A stretch of 64,000 nucleotides of DNA from Actinomycetota bacterium (GCA_019347715.1 JAHWKU010000002.1:118349-182348), one strand, 5' to 3'. Shown: positions 37,535 to 47,437, numbered from the stretch's first letter. Notes: generated from the letters alone by a model not told the origin. Numbers and translations: made by a program.

Positions 37535-38892
37535 GTAGCTTGGGAAACCGAGCTCATGTTCCAGTCGGCGACCCTGACCGGAGGAGCTTTGGCGAATGTG
37601 AAATAGTCCCCGAACTCACGCGCGAGCGTCGGCTCAGAGGCCCCCAACTCGTGCGCCTGCGCGAGCATCCCCACGGGGCTCATATTGAAACGGAAATTGT
37701 TGACGGCTCCCTTCACCTCGCCATCCTCGACTAAAAAGACCCCGTCTCGAGTAAGACCCGTTAGAAGCAGAGTCTGGGGATCGACCTCGCGGATGTACCA
37801 AAGGCATGTGACGAGTAATGCCCGCCTGGTGGACGAGATCATGTCGTCGAGGGAGGGCCCGTTGGAAGGAAAGATCAGATTGTCGATGAACGGAACTGCC
37901 GGGCCCTCGGTCTTGTCCGCCCAATAGCGCGGCGTGACCAGGTTTTGGAGGACACCTCGAGAGACCCATTCGGTCCGGTCGCATGCCAGTCCGTTGTCGA
38001 AGACAGATGCTTGACTGTTCGAAGTAGGAACGACCTGGAATGGCGATACCTCGAATCCGGGCTCCGAGGGATCTGAATAGATAGTGACGTGGTCGGGATA
38101 AAGCTGCTCGCCCTTGCGGTTCCCGCCCCCGGGCTTGCTGAAAACGGTGCGTCCTTCATCGGCGTCGCGAGCTAATGAAGTCCAGTACGAATAGAGCAGC
38201 ATGTCGGTAACGGCTGAGGGTTCCAGCAGCACCTCGTAGTGCCCCGGATCGAGATCCAACTTTTTCTCTGCCCATCCAAGCCTCTGTTGCAGGCGTTCAT
38301 AGTGACGAGAGAGATCAATGTCTCTGAATGTTGACGTAGCCTGCCCGACCCAAGAAGACCTGGAATAGTCGGAGGACTTGGCGTTGACCTCGAGTTTTCC
38401 CTCTCCTTGCATGTGACCAAGCCGCATCCCGGACGAAGTGGCCAGATACACCGCGCTGGTTGAATGGTCGGCGAATCCAAACAGCTTGGTGTCGGAAGAC
38501 TCGGCCTCCTTGAAGACCTGCGCGAGTTCAGGAGCGAAATTCGAAAATACCTCGATGCCTATCCGATCGAGTGACTCGCTCCAACCGTCATTTGAGATAC
38601 CTTCGATCAAAGGCGCATAATCCTCCGCTTCCGGCTTGTCTTCGCATGCTGCTTCCGACTCCCGGACAAGATCCTCCAACTGGTCATCGGGAAAATAGGT
38701 GCGCCCAACCACACCTACTCTTTTGTTCTTGGTTGAGATGACGTGGAGCTTGCGAGCCTCCGCAACGCCATTTGTGGTTGTGGTGTTGTTAGCCCATCGG
38801 ACGTTGGCGTTCGAAGACTCCTCGCTTATTACGATGCACTCATCGGCTTTTGATAGTTGGAGGATCTTCTCCATCGTGTCCTGGATCTTCAC
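37531..38892 (-). CDS. TldD/PmbA family metallopeptidase (PmbA/TldE-like)
   Basis: 453 aa, TldD/PmbA fold family. 4-nt overlap with the upstream tldD-like gene. Confidence 0.7.
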   Translation of the reverse strand: MKIQDTMEKILQLSKADECIVISEESSNANVRWANNTTTTNGVAEARKLHVISTKNKRVGVVGRTYFPDDQLEDLVRESEAACEDKPEAEDYAPLIEGISNDGWSESLDRIGIEVFSNFAPELAQVFKEAESSDTKLFGFADHSTSAVYLATSSGMRLGHMQGEGKLEVNAKSSDYSRSSWVGQATSTFRDIDLSRHYERLQQRLGWAEKKLDLDPGHYEVLLEPSAVTDMLLYSYWTSLARDADEGRTVFSKPGGGNRKGEQLYPDHVTIYSDPSEPGFEVSPFQVVPTSNSQASVFDNGLACDRTEWVSRGVLQNLVTPRYWADKTEGPAVPFIDNLIFPSNGPSLDDMISSTRRALLVTCLWYIREVDPQTLLLTGLTRDGVFLVEDGEVKGAVNNFRFNMSPVGMLAQAHELGASEPTLAREFGDYFTFAKAPPVRVADWNMSSVSQAT

Positions 38893-40397
38893 GAGGAGCC
38901 GCCCTCATGCGTCGTGTTGAGCACATTGATCTGGCGGAACAATGCGACGGGGGCCCCATGGCTTACCGGAGCAATCTGGCCGGGCTGGCCTTTGCCGCAG
39001 TTGAAGGCGCCGCCGAGTAGATAAGTCGAAGGGCCCCCCACAGCCTCCATCGAGTTCCAGAAGTCCGTCGTGGTGGCCTGGTAGGCCACGTCCTTCAGCT
39101 GGCCGATGATCTTGCCCGAGCGAATTTCGTAAAAGCGCTGCCCGGTGAACTGGAAGTTGTACCTCTGCATGTCGATCGACCAGCTCTTGTCGCCAACTAT
39201 GTAGATGCCCCGGTCGACTCCGTCGATCAGGTCATCGAGACTCAGATTTTTCTGACCTGGCTGCAGAGAGACGTTCGGCATTCGCTGAAGAGGGACGTGT
39301 AGCGGGGAGTCCGCGAAGGCGCAGCCATTGCTCCGGCCGAACCCCTGTTTTTCAGCCATCTGGCGGTTCAGTTGATAACCGACGAGCACGCCGTCTTTGA
39401 TGATGTCCCACTGCTGGGCCGCCACGCCCTCATCGTCGTACCCGACACTCGCAAGGCCGTTCTCTGCCAAGCGATCGCCGGTGACGTGCATGACGGGAGA
39501 GCCATATTGGAGTTTTCCGAGGTTGTCGATGGTGGCAAAAGAGGTTCCTGCATATGCAGCTTCGTAACCAAGGGCTCTGTCCAGCTCGGTGGCATGCCCT
39601 ATGGATTCGTGGATGGTGAGCCACAGGTTGGTCGGGTCGATGACGAGGTCGTATGGGCCGGGGTCCACCGATTTCGAAGCCATTTTCTCTTCGAGCAGCG
39701 ACGGTATTTCCTCTGCATCGGCCATGAAGTCGTATTCAGAGGAAATGTATTCCCAGCCCTTTCCGACCGGAACCGCGTTGGAGCGCATGGTGTCGAATGC
39801 CCCTGAATCCTTGTCGACGCGTACAGCATCGAAATTTCCCTGGAGTCTTACTCGCTGCTGAGTGATCTTGGAACCGGACAGGGAGGCGAAGAACTTGTTC
39901 TCCAAGACTTGAGATAGCGCGAAGTCGACGTGGTCTGCTTTCTTCGACGCCAACACCTTCTCGTTGATGCCCTTCAAGAAGGAGACTTTCTCCTCGTCGG
40001 GTACCGAAAATGGATCGATGTCGTAACTGGAGACGAAGCTGTCCTCATAGGTGGGTTCGTCGGCAAGTTCAACGGGTTCGCTGTTGAGAGAAGAAAGTGT
40101 CCGAGCCACATCCGTCGCCTGCTCCACGGCCCTAGCGGCAGCCTCCGGAGATAGTTCCACGCTTGCTGCGAATCCCCACGAGCCGTCCTTCACCAACCGC
40201 ACAGCAAACCCTAGGCTCTCAGACGTAACCAGCCCCTCGAGCTGCAGATCCCGCATGTTGATCAATTGCCCTTTGAGCCGCTCGAAACGGAAGTCCGCAT
40301 ACGACACATTCAAGCTCTGCGCCTTAGAGAGAGCCGCGTCGGCCATTGCCTCGTAGGAAAGGTCTGCGAAAGATTGGTCTATATCGGGTCGTGCCAT
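38889..40397 (-). CDS. tldD: TldD family metalloprotease
   Basis: 502 aa. Conserved TldD regions (GFAVRLVKDGSWGFAAS..., HESIGHATELD HExxxH-type motif). Confidence 0.7.
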   Translation of the reverse strand: MARPDIDQSFADLSYEAMADAALSKAQSLNVSYADFRFERLKGQLINMRDLQLEGLVTSESLGFAVRLVKDGSWGFAASVELSPEAAARAVEQATDVARTLSSLNSEPVELADEPTYEDSFVSSYDIDPFSVPDEEKVSFLKGINEKVLASKKADHVDFALSQVLENKFFASLSGSKITQQRVRLQGNFDAVRVDKDSGAFDTMRSNAVPVGKGWEYISSEYDFMADAEEIPSLLEEKMASKSVDPGPYDLVIDPTNLWLTIHESIGHATELDRALGYEAAYAGTSFATIDNLGKLQYGSPVMHVTGDRLAENGLASVGYDDEGVAAQQWDIIKDGVLVGYQLNRQMAEKQGFGRSNGCAFADSPLHVPLQRMPNVSLQPGQKNLSLDDLIDGVDRGIYIVGDKSWSIDMQRYNFQFTGQRFYEIRSGKIIGQLKDVAYQATTTDFWNSMEAVGGPSTYLLGGAFNCGKGQPGQIAPVSHGAPVALFRQINVLNTTHEGGSS

Positions 40398-40423
40398 CGG
40401 GGCCTGAGTATATGGGCTTGAAC

Positions 40424-43366
40424 TTACTTGGCCTTCAGCACAAGGATCGCGATGTCGTCACGAGGACGACCATCGGAGAACTTGACCGCCTCTTTCTCGA
40501 TCGATGCCGCGATGGTGTCGGCGGACTTGCCGGCACATCCGGCAAGGCAGGCCTCCAGTCGATCCTCTCCGAAGATCTCCGCGCCTTCCGGTGACCTGGC
40601 CTCGATCACCCCGTCGGTGTAATAAACGACGACATCTCCCGGCTCAAGGGTGAGGTGTTGCTCTTCCAGCGATATCTCTTCGAACAACCCCAGCATCGTG
40701 CCGGGAAATCCGATGCGTTCGATGGTTCCATCCTTGCGGATAACGATCGGTTGGGGATGGCCGGCGCACACCACAGTCAGGTGCGCTCCGTCCGCAGTGG
40801 GTTCGAGGCGGGTATAAGCCACCGTGCAGAATTGGTCTTGAGCGCTTCGTTCGATAACAGCCTCGTTCAGCGTTGAAAGCATCCTGCGAGGCTCCCTTTC
40901 CTGCATTGCTTCCGCGTACACTGTCGATCTGACGAATGAGGTCAGGGCGGCCGCCGTTGCCCCCTTGCCCGAGACGTCTCCGATGACAATGCCCCATCGG
41001 GTCTGGCCGTATGGGAAGAGATCGTAAAAGTCGCCACCGACTTCGGTTGCTTCTTCGATTCCCCCGGCCGCGCGGTACCGCGCTCCGATCTTCTCGAAGC
41101 CTGGAATCTCGGGAAGCCTTCTCGGCAGGAGGCTCTCTTGGAGAGTTCTGGCGATTTTGCTTCGCTCTTCGTATCGAAGAGCGTTGTCGAGCGCAAGGCT
41201 GACTCTTCTGCCCAGCTCTTCTGCCAGTTGAAGATCTTCCTGGTTGTAACGCCGTCCGGAGCCACTCGAGAAGAAAGAGGCAGCTCCGAGGACTCGGCCT
41301 CGCGCTTGGAGCGGGACTACGATCATCGAATCAAGTCTCAGATCCCTGAGTGCTTCTTGATTCCCAGACTCACCGGTCAACTGGGTGAGGATGTCGTCAT
41401 CGATCTCGGAAAAGACCGTGCTCTTGCCGCTTCGCAAAGTTCTGATGATTGGATGGTCCTCACCAGGTCCTTGCAGGTAAGAGTCCAGAGCTGCCATGGA
41501 ACCCACCTGAAGATCATCGCCTTGCGCGGATGCAAGGCGTCTTGGCAATTGGCCCTCTTCCATGGCATCGACAAGGCAGTAATCGCACAGGAAAGGAGTC
41601 GCTAACTTCATGATGTTGGAAAGCGTCGTCTTGTAGTCGAGCGACGATGCGAGGATCGTGCTTGCCTCAGCCAAGAACATCCGAACCTGCTGAAGACGGC
41701 GCTGCTCGGTGATATCTCTCAGATAGCCAGTAAATAGAGGGTATGCAGATCCTTCGGTCTTAACCGGCGTGATCGCAAGTTCTACGAGTATCTCGGTCCC
41801 ATCAGATCGGAGCGCGGGAAGCTCCAGGCGCTTGCCGGCGAGCCTGGATACGCCGGTTTCCCTGTACCTTCTGAGTCCTTCCCGGTGCTCGTCTCTCAAA
41901 GACGGGGGGACCAGCGTGTCTTCGATCTTCTTGCCGATAATGTCATCACGGGCCCACCCGAAAGTCTTTTCTGCGGCTGGGTTGAACTCGATGATCTTGC
42001 CATCATGGTCCGCGGTGATGATGCAGTCGAGAGCAGACTCGAGGATTGCGGCCTTTCTAGCCTCACTCTCGTGAACCGCCTGTTCGGTCCTCAGTCGGAT
42101 TATTCGCTGACCGATCTCGATACCAACGGAATCCATCAGCTGCATCAGTTCGTTGTCAGGCTGCTCGATCTCTTTGCTGAAGAACTCGACCACTCCCAGA
42201 AATTCAAAGGCGCTGCGTACTGGGATCGCGAAGGCTCCATGAAGGTTTGCCTTTCCGGCCAGGCTTGCTCTAGAGAAGTCGCTGTCGGTTTCTGCGTCTC
42301 GGATCCACAGAGGTCTCTTGGACTGCCAAACCCTTCCGGGCAGGCCTAGGCCCTTCTCCAGACGCAGTCGAAGAGTCTCGGCTATGAATTCCTCCTTTTC
42401 TTCGCCTCCCGTGTGCCAGACCGCGACGCACCTCATGTGACTATTTCTCTCCTCGACGATCCAAAGAGCCCCCATCTCCCAGCCGAGGTTGCTGCAGATA
42501 GCCTCGAGAATTCTGGGGCCGGCCTCCTCCAGGGAATTGACTTCCATCAATGCTTGTGCCGCGGCATGAACTGCGGCAAGCCGCCGTTCCGCTTCCTTGA
42601 GCCGTGTGACGTCGACCATGCGCCCGCGCAGCCTGATCGTCGACCGTGATCCTCTTGGGGAAACCTCCGCTCTGTCACTCAACCAAACGTCCCCACCATC
42701 GGAGCGAACCATCCGATAGGTGAGCTCGTGATCCTTGGCCTCGACGACCGCCTCCTGTCTGGCCCTAACGACAAGCTCTCGATCCTCCGGATGGATGTGG
42801 TTCGCCCAGAAGAATGAATCCTCGTACCAGTGCTCCACCGGGTAGCCGAGAATCCGTTCCGCTCGCTTGCTGACGTAAGTGAAGCGAAGCGGTTCGGTTT
42901 CCGCTTCCCAGACTATTGCGTCGACCGAATCGACCAGACTGCGCAACTCGTCTCTCTCCGAGTCGGCCTGCAGTCGCCGATCGTGTTCTACGTGATAGAG
43001 GACAGACCACTTTCTGAGAAGCCCTGCGCTGACGGCCACCGCCACAGCGGCAAAAGAAACGACTAGGAAGTGCTCTAGGGGCATGTCCTCACGTCCGGTG
43101 ACGAGATAAAAGTAGGCCGCATATATGGCCACCAGGCCTGCCGCAACGAGACCCGAAAGGAGGCCACCCACAAAGCTCGCCAAAGCGATGGCAGCCAGCA
43201 GTACTGAAAAGACGACCACGTCGCTCACGGCGAGAAAAGACAGGACCTCGAAGGAAATCGCCAGGACCACCACCGCTCCTGGGCCGGCCCAAAGCCGCCA
43301 GCCGGTCAGGACCCCGCGCGAAGCCGGGCCAGACGTATCTTTGTGAGATCCCAAGGCAGTTGACAA
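40424..43366 (-). CDS. Membrane-associated PAS-GAF-PAS-GAF sensor fused to PP2C/SpoIIE-type serine phosphatase
   Basis: 980 aa. N-terminal TM helices, two PAS-like and two GAF-like regions. C-terminal PP2C/SpoIIE metal-binding aspartates (GGDFYD..., VIGDVSGKG, YTDGV). The TTG start is the most upstream option; the real start may be internal. Confidence 0.7.
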   Translation of the reverse strand: MSTALGSHKDTSGPASRGVLTGWRLWAGPGAVVVLAISFEVLSFLAVSDVVVFSVLLAAIALASFVGGLLSGLVAAGLVAIYAAYFYLVTGREDMPLEHFLVVSFAAVAVAVSAGLLRKWSVLYHVEHDRRLQADSERDELRSLVDSVDAIVWEAETEPLRFTYVSKRAERILGYPVEHWYEDSFFWANHIHPEDRELVVRARQEAVVEAKDHELTYRMVRSDGGDVWLSDRAEVSPRGSRSTIRLRGRMVDVTRLKEAERRLAAVHAAAQALMEVNSLEEAGPRILEAICSNLGWEMGALWIVEERNSHMRCVAVWHTGGEEKEEFIAETLRLRLEKGLGLPGRVWQSKRPLWIRDAETDSDFSRASLAGKANLHGAFAIPVRSAFEFLGVVEFFSKEIEQPDNELMQLMDSVGIEIGQRIIRLRTEQAVHESEARKAAILESALDCIITADHDGKIIEFNPAAEKTFGWARDDIIGKKIEDTLVPPSLRDEHREGLRRYRETGVSRLAGKRLELPALRSDGTEILVELAITPVKTEGSAYPLFTGYLRDITEQRRLQQVRMFLAEASTILASSLDYKTTLSNIMKLATPFLCDYCLVDAMEEGQLPRRLASAQGDDLQVGSMAALDSYLQGPGEDHPIIRTLRSGKSTVFSEIDDDILTQLTGESGNQEALRDLRLDSMIVVPLQARGRVLGAASFFSSGSGRRYNQEDLQLAEELGRRVSLALDNALRYEERSKIARTLQESLLPRRLPEIPGFEKIGARYRAAGGIEEATEVGGDFYDLFPYGQTRWGIVIGDVSGKGATAAALTSFVRSTVYAEAMQEREPRRMLSTLNEAVIERSAQDQFCTVAYTRLEPTADGAHLTVVCAGHPQPIVIRKDGTIERIGFPGTMLGLFEEISLEEQHLTLEPGDVVVYYTDGVIEARSPEGAEIFGEDRLEACLAGCAGKSADTIAASIEKEAVKFSDGRPRDDIAILVLKAK

Positions 43367-43544
43367 GAAATCCAGACCTATCCTTCGGTAAGGCGGGATT
43401 GTTGGACTCGTCGAGGCGCCGCCTGCCCATGCTTAGGGCAGGTCAAGTATAAAGAAGGGGGAAAGGTAGCCATCCTCTGGAGATTTTCTGCCCTGGGTTC
43501 TGGGTATCAAGAGGGCACAGAGCACACTAGAAAGGGAGGAGCAA

Positions 43545-43796
43545 GTGATCGACCTGATCGTATTCATCATCGTGGGCCTCATTATTGGGGCCCTAGCGCG
43601 CCTGCTAGTTCCCGGCCGTCAGAGCATGGGTCTGCTCGTGACGATCCTCGTGGGCATCGTCGGGGCCATCGTAGGCGGGTATTTGTGGCGAGCGATATTT
43701 GGAGACAGCGGTGGTGTCGAGTGGATAGGTTCGATAATCGTCGCCGTGCTGATCCTCCTGTTGCTTCAACGGATGGGCGGCAGTCGCTCGGCCTAA
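43545..43796 (+). CDS. GlsB/YeaQ/YmgE family stress-response membrane protein
   Basis: GTG start 8 nt after AAGGGAGGAG. Gly-rich TM segments typical of the transglycosylase-associated family. Confidence 0.7.
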   Translation: MIDLIVFIIVGLIIGALARLLVPGRQSMGLLVTILVGIVGAIVGGYLWRAIFGDSGGVEWIGSIIVAVLILLLLQRMGGSRSA

Positions 43797-43826
43797 GTAA
43801 ATGCTAAAAATACAAAGGAGGAAGGA

Positions 43827-44207
43827 ATGAAGAAGACAGCGATGGAGATGGTGGCGGAAGCGAAAAAGCGCGTCGAGAATCTCACTCCCGACCAGGTGGC
43901 TAAAGAGCTAGAGGAGGGCGCAATAGTGATCGACGTCCGCGAGCCTCAAGAGAGGAAAGAGTCAAACATTCCAGGCTCGATCTCCGCACCTCGCGGCATG
44001 CTGGAGTTCTACGCTGACCCTTCTCTTCCGTATCACAAAGAGGAGTTCAATCCCGACCGCCGGCTAATCCTTCATTGCGCATCGGGTGGACGGTCAGCCT
44101 TAGCTGCCGAGACCTTGCAGCAGATGGGTTACACGAATGTGGCTCACCTCGATGGAGGTATCAAGGCTTGGAAGGACGCGGGCCGGCCCACCGAGCCAGG
44201 CGAGTAG
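43827..44207 (+). CDS. Rhodanese-like domain protein (single-domain sulfurtransferase)
   Basis: RBS AAAGGAGGAAGGA. Active-site loop HCASGGRS with catalytic Cys. Confidence 0.8.
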   Translation: MKKTAMEMVAEAKKRVENLTPDQVAKELEEGAIVIDVREPQERKESNIPGSISAPRGMLEFYADPSLPYHKEEFNPDRRLILHCASGGRSALAAETLQQMGYTNVAHLDGGIKAWKDAGRPTEPGE

Positions 44208-44266
44208 GCCGCATAACTACGCCCTTCAAGACTAAGGAGCTCTCTGTCGGGACATGGCCCGACTTT

Positions 44267-44803
44267 GTGAACCTTTTCAGCCAGGGCCATGGCTGGGACT
44301 TCTGCGCGTGCATGCTGTTTCAGCGAGGCCATCATTTGCCCCGCAGTAAGTATCCGACCCGCTCCGAAATGCAGGTCAGGAACCTCGAGGAAAAGAGACG
44401 ATTGGTAGAGAAAGGCCGTGCTCACGGGATCCTTGTCTATGCGGACGGGGAACCCATCGGATGGTGCCAGTACGGTCCGGTGGATGAGCTCCCGATTCCC
44501 GGCCACTCCCGAAAGAATTCGAAGCATCCGGCAGGTTTCATGATCGCCCTCGACGACGCCGGCCGAGCAGTCAAGAGATCTGGAACCGATGGGGTGGACT
44601 GGCGTATCACTTGCTACGTCACGAACAAGGATGTCGGTCAGCGAAACAAGGGGGTCGCAACTGCCGCCTTCCAAGCCGCTCTGGAAGCAATCGCAAAGAG
44701 AGGGGGCGGCCTCGTCGAAGCCTTGATGCCAGGAGCCTGGGCCCCCAAGTGGGCTGCAAAGAATGAGCCGGTCCAACTCATTCAGGTGGAGGGCAAGCGC
44801 TAA
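44267..44803 (+). CDS. GNAT-fold N-acetyltransferase-like protein
   Basis: GTG start chosen after the rhodanese stop. ATG 44312 is an alternative. ITCYVTNKDVGQRNKGVATAAFQAALEAIAK resembles GNAT motif A. Confidence 0.45.
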   Translation: MNLFSQGHGWDFCACMLFQRGHHLPRSKYPTRSEMQVRNLEEKRRLVEKGRAHGILVYADGEPIGWCQYGPVDELPIPGHSRKNSKHPAGFMIALDDAGRAVKRSGTDGVDWRITCYVTNKDVGQRNKGVATAAFQAALEAIAKRGGGLVEALMPGAWAPKWAAKNEPVQLIQVEGKR

Positions 44804-44873
44804 AAAGTCTTTGACACCAAAGGTCCTATCGGGTTTACTCCGGCGACGAGTAATAGTGGAGCGGAGGTAATAG

Positions 44874-45299
44874 ATGAATAAGTCAGATTTGGTCGACCGC
44901 GTGGCTGATGCCACCGGGGAAGCCAAGACCAAGATCTCTCAGGTGGTCGACGAAACGATCAACGCAGTCCAGGGAGCTCTCGCCAAAGGCGAGAAGGTAA
45001 CGATTCCTGGCTTTGGCACCTTCCAGCCAAGGGCGCGCAAGGCGCGTACCGGTCGCAACCCTCGAACCGGTGACACGGTTAAGATTCCGGCTACCACCAT
45101 TCCAGTTTTCAAGGCCGGACAGGCGCTCAAGGACCTGGTCTCGGGCAAAGCGAAGCTGACGGTAACCAAGACCTCTGCGAAGAAGTCGCCGGCTAAGAAG
45201 TCCACCGCCAAGAAGTCCACCGCCAAGAAGTCCACCGGCAAGAAGTCCACAGCAAAAAAGTCTCCGAGTCGTAAGAAGACCGCGGCCCGCAAGCGCTGA
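44874..45299 (+). CDS. hup: HU family DNA-binding protein with C-terminal Lys/Ala/Ser-rich histone-like tail (HupB/MDP1-like)
   Basis: RBS GGAGGT. N-terminal 90 aa is a canonical HU sequence (MNKSDLVDRVA..., GFGTFQPRARKARTGRNPRTGD). C-terminal (S/T)AKKS repeats. Confidence 0.9.
   Translation: MNKSDLVDRVADATGEAKTKISQVVDETINAVQGALAKGEKVTIPGFGTFQPRARKARTGRNPRTGDTVKIPATTIPVFKAGQALKDLVSGKAKLTVTKTSAKKSPAKKSTAKKSTAKKSTGKKSTAKKSPSRKKTAARKR
45177..45266 (+). repeat. Six tandem degenerate 15-nt repeats (GCCAAGAAGTCCACC-like) encoding the (A/T)KKS(P/T) basic tail of HU
   Basis: Direct reading of consecutive units gcgaagaagtcgccg / gctaagaagtccacc / gccaagaagtccacc x2 / ggcaagaagtccaca / gcaaaaaagtctccg. 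Confidence 0.8.
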
Positions 45300-45325
45300 A
45301 CTGCGCCGAGGACTAACCTCGGGTC

Positions 45326-45622
45326 GTGAAGAGAGGCCTATCGGGTCAGACGCGCCGCGGGGGCCCGCCGCTTTCCAGGCAGAGGATCGCTTTGAGGGCA
45401 ATCCAGCTGACTCTTGTCGCCGTCGCGCTCGTCCTCTGGTGGTTTGGCTGGAGCGCGTTTCAGGACATCGGAACCGTCGCCGCGAACGGATCTTCATTCG
45501 ATCCGCAGCCCCCCTCCACTGGAGATGTCGTCGCTCTTGCGATTGGGGGGGCGACGGCGCTGGTAATCGCCGCCCTGATGGGAATCAGAGCGGTCCGAGG
45601 CCCTCGCCCTCCGGAGATCTAG
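45326..45622 (+). CDS. Hypothetical small membrane protein
   Basis: 98-aa ORF with two hydrophobic helices. 3' end overlaps the convergent cofC gene. Weak support. Confidence 0.3.
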   Translation: MKRGLSGQTRRGGPPLSRQRIALRAIQLTLVAVALVLWWFGWSAFQDIGTVAANGSSFDPQPPSTGDVVALAIGGATALVIAALMGIRAVRGPRPPEI

Positions 45623-46229
45623 TCGCCTCCCTTGCAACCTTGACGCTCTCCCTGTCCTCGGAGGATGTGGCTAGCTGCGCTAGATCGCCCGGCTCGTCGA
45701 TATCGAACTGGAGGCCGGGGGAGCGGACCAGCTGAAAGGACCTTCCGTGTTGCCTGGCGCTGGTTTCGTGTAACCGCGCACTCGAGGGCCCGAATGCCGG
45801 GTGGATGACACCGGGTGGACGCCTCAAGAGCGCATTGGTTCCTCCGTCGCTCGAACCTGCGACCGCGACTTCCGTCTCGCACTCGAAGACTGACTCGACC
45901 TCTTGCGCGGTGACGAGAGGCAGATCGGATGCCAGCACGAGCAGCGAGGTCACTCCAAGCGAGATTGCCGCCTCCGTCCCAGCTTCGACCGAAGGATTCA
46001 AGCCTGTACCCGGGTCCGCGACCAATACGCATCCGAACGCCATTCCGACTGCTTCCGCATCTGGATCGTCGGTGACGAGAAGCTTTGGGTTCCAATTGTC
46101 GGTCGCGCGCAAAACGTCGGCGAGCATCGCTAGCCCAAGCCGGCGCCTGATGGCCGAAGGGACGACGTGAGCGAGTCTTGCCTTTGCCAGGGAGAGGCGC
46201 TTGATAGGGATCAGGATGCCATCCATCAT
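45585..46229 (-). CDS. cofC: 2-phospho-L-lactate (or PEP) guanylyltransferase, F420 biosynthesis
   Basis: N-terminus MDGILIPIKRLSLAKARL and G..A....D motifs of the CofC/FbiD family. Confidence 0.75.
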   Translation of the reverse strand: MMDGILIPIKRLSLAKARLAHVVPSAIRRRLGLAMLADVLRATDNWNPKLLVTDDPDAEAVGMAFGCVLVADPGTGLNPSVEAGTEAAISLGVTSLLVLASDLPLVTAQEVESVFECETEVAVAGSSDGGTNALLRRPPGVIHPAFGPSSARLHETSARQHGRSFQLVRSPGLQFDIDEPGDLAQLATSSEDRESVKVAREATRSPEGEGLGPL

Positions 46230-46246
46230 CTTGTAGCCTACGGAGG

Positions 46247-47437
46247 ATGACCGAAGATTCCGAGCCGGGCACTGAAGAAAGAAAGCACTGGAAGCATCTC
46301 CACGCTGAGATAGTTGCCACCGAGATCTGCTGCGGATGCTCCGCCTGCGTCGTGGCCTGCCCTCATCACGTGATCGAGATGGAGAACTTCGATCCCGTGA
46401 TGCAGGATCTCACCCTTGGGCCGGACAACTGCGTTCACGGTGAGAAGAGCTGTTCTCTCTGCGCGATGGCTTGCCTTCGTCTCGATCCGGATTACGACAC
46501 CATCGAGTCGCTCCTGTTTGGGCGACGCCGCAAGCATCCATCGGAGCCATGGGGGATAAGCCGCGAGATGTGGCTTGCACAAGCGGCAGGCGACGGGGTC
46601 CCGGGAGGACAGGACGGGGGAGTGGTAACTGCGTTACTGGCATGGATGCTAGAACAAGGGGAAATCGAGGGAGCGTGTGTGTCCAAACCTAGGCAGGACA
46701 AGCCTTGGCTGGACGAGCCCGTGATTGCTACGACCGCAGATGAGCTCATCGAGGCTGCCGGAAGCCGCTATACCTACTGCTCCACGCCACTCGCCCTGAA
46801 GCAAGCCGCGGAACGAAAGATGAAGGCCGTGGCGATGGTGGGCGTTTCTTGTGAGGCGACCGCGATAAGAGAGATGGGGGCCCAGGGCATCAAGCGCTGG
46901 AGCCGGATGGTCAAGTTCAATGCAGGGCTTATGTGTAACGAAACCTTTCAGTACGAGCCATTCATCTTCGAAATCGTCAAAGGTCGTTACGGGATAGATC
47001 TGGACCGCATCAAAAAGATCAATGTGAAGGGAGATGTCTTCGTAACCCTGGATGACGCGACCGATGTCGTCATTCCCCTCGACGAATGCAAGCCCTATGC
47101 GAATGCCTGGTGTCATCACTGCCCCGACTTCGCTGCAGAGCATGCCGACATATCCTTCGGCGGTCTTGGGATGAGCGGGTGGACGATGTGCGTCGTGCGG
47201 AGCGAATACGGCCAGGATCTCTGGAACCGGGCAGTCTCCGCAGGGGTGGTTGTTACCCGCGCTGCAGAAGAGGAGCCTGTGGCGTTGAAGGTTCTTGACG
47301 CTCTGGCCAAGAAACAACGAAGGAGAGTTGGCCCGATGGAATCCCATGCGTCCGGACGGTGGTCCTCCAACCGGGTCCTCGAGCGAGTGAGATCCGAATA
47401 CCTTGCATCAGGAGGCGATGGTGGTGGGGACGAGTAG
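46247..47437 (+). CDS. Coenzyme F420 hydrogenase/dehydrogenase beta-subunit-like (FrhB/FdhB/FpoF family) with N-terminal 4Fe-4S cluster motif
   Basis: CxxCxxC...CP ferredoxin-like motif (CCGCSACVVACP) followed by FrhB N- and C-terminal domain-like sequence. Confidence 0.65.
   Translation: MTEDSEPGTEERKHWKHLHAEIVATEICCGCSACVVACPHHVIEMENFDPVMQDLTLGPDNCVHGEKSCSLCAMACLRLDPDYDTIESLLFGRRRKHPSEPWGISREMWLAQAAGDGVPGGQDGGVVTALLAWMLEQGEIEGACVSKPRQDKPWLDEPVIATTADELIEAAGSRYTYCSTPLALKQAAERKMKAVAMVGVSCEATAIREMGAQGIKRWSRMVKFNAGLMCNETFQYEPFIFEIVKGRYGIDLDRIKKINVKGDVFVTLDDATDVVIPLDECKPYANAWCHHCPDFAAEHADISFGGLGMSGWTMCVVRSEYGQDLWNRAVSAGVVVTRAAEEEPVALKVLDALAKKQRRRVGPMESHASGRWSSNRVLERVRSEYLASGGDGGGDE

Noticed and set aside
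43351-43390. TTGACA hexamer at 43360-43365 as a sigma-70 promoter -35 element
   Set aside because: No acceptable -10 (TANNNT) 16-19 nt downstream. The hexamer overlaps the putative TTG start of the SpoIIE-phosphatase gene.
44144-44932. 262-aa minus-strand ORF overlapping the rhodanese and GNAT genes
   Set aside because: No recognisable domain. Antisense to two plus-strand genes that have good motif and RBS support.
45177-45266. Tandem repeat array considered as a possible CRISPR or minisatellite
   Set aside because: Units are contiguous with no spacers and lie in frame inside the HU tail coding region. This is a coding low-complexity repeat, not CRISPR.
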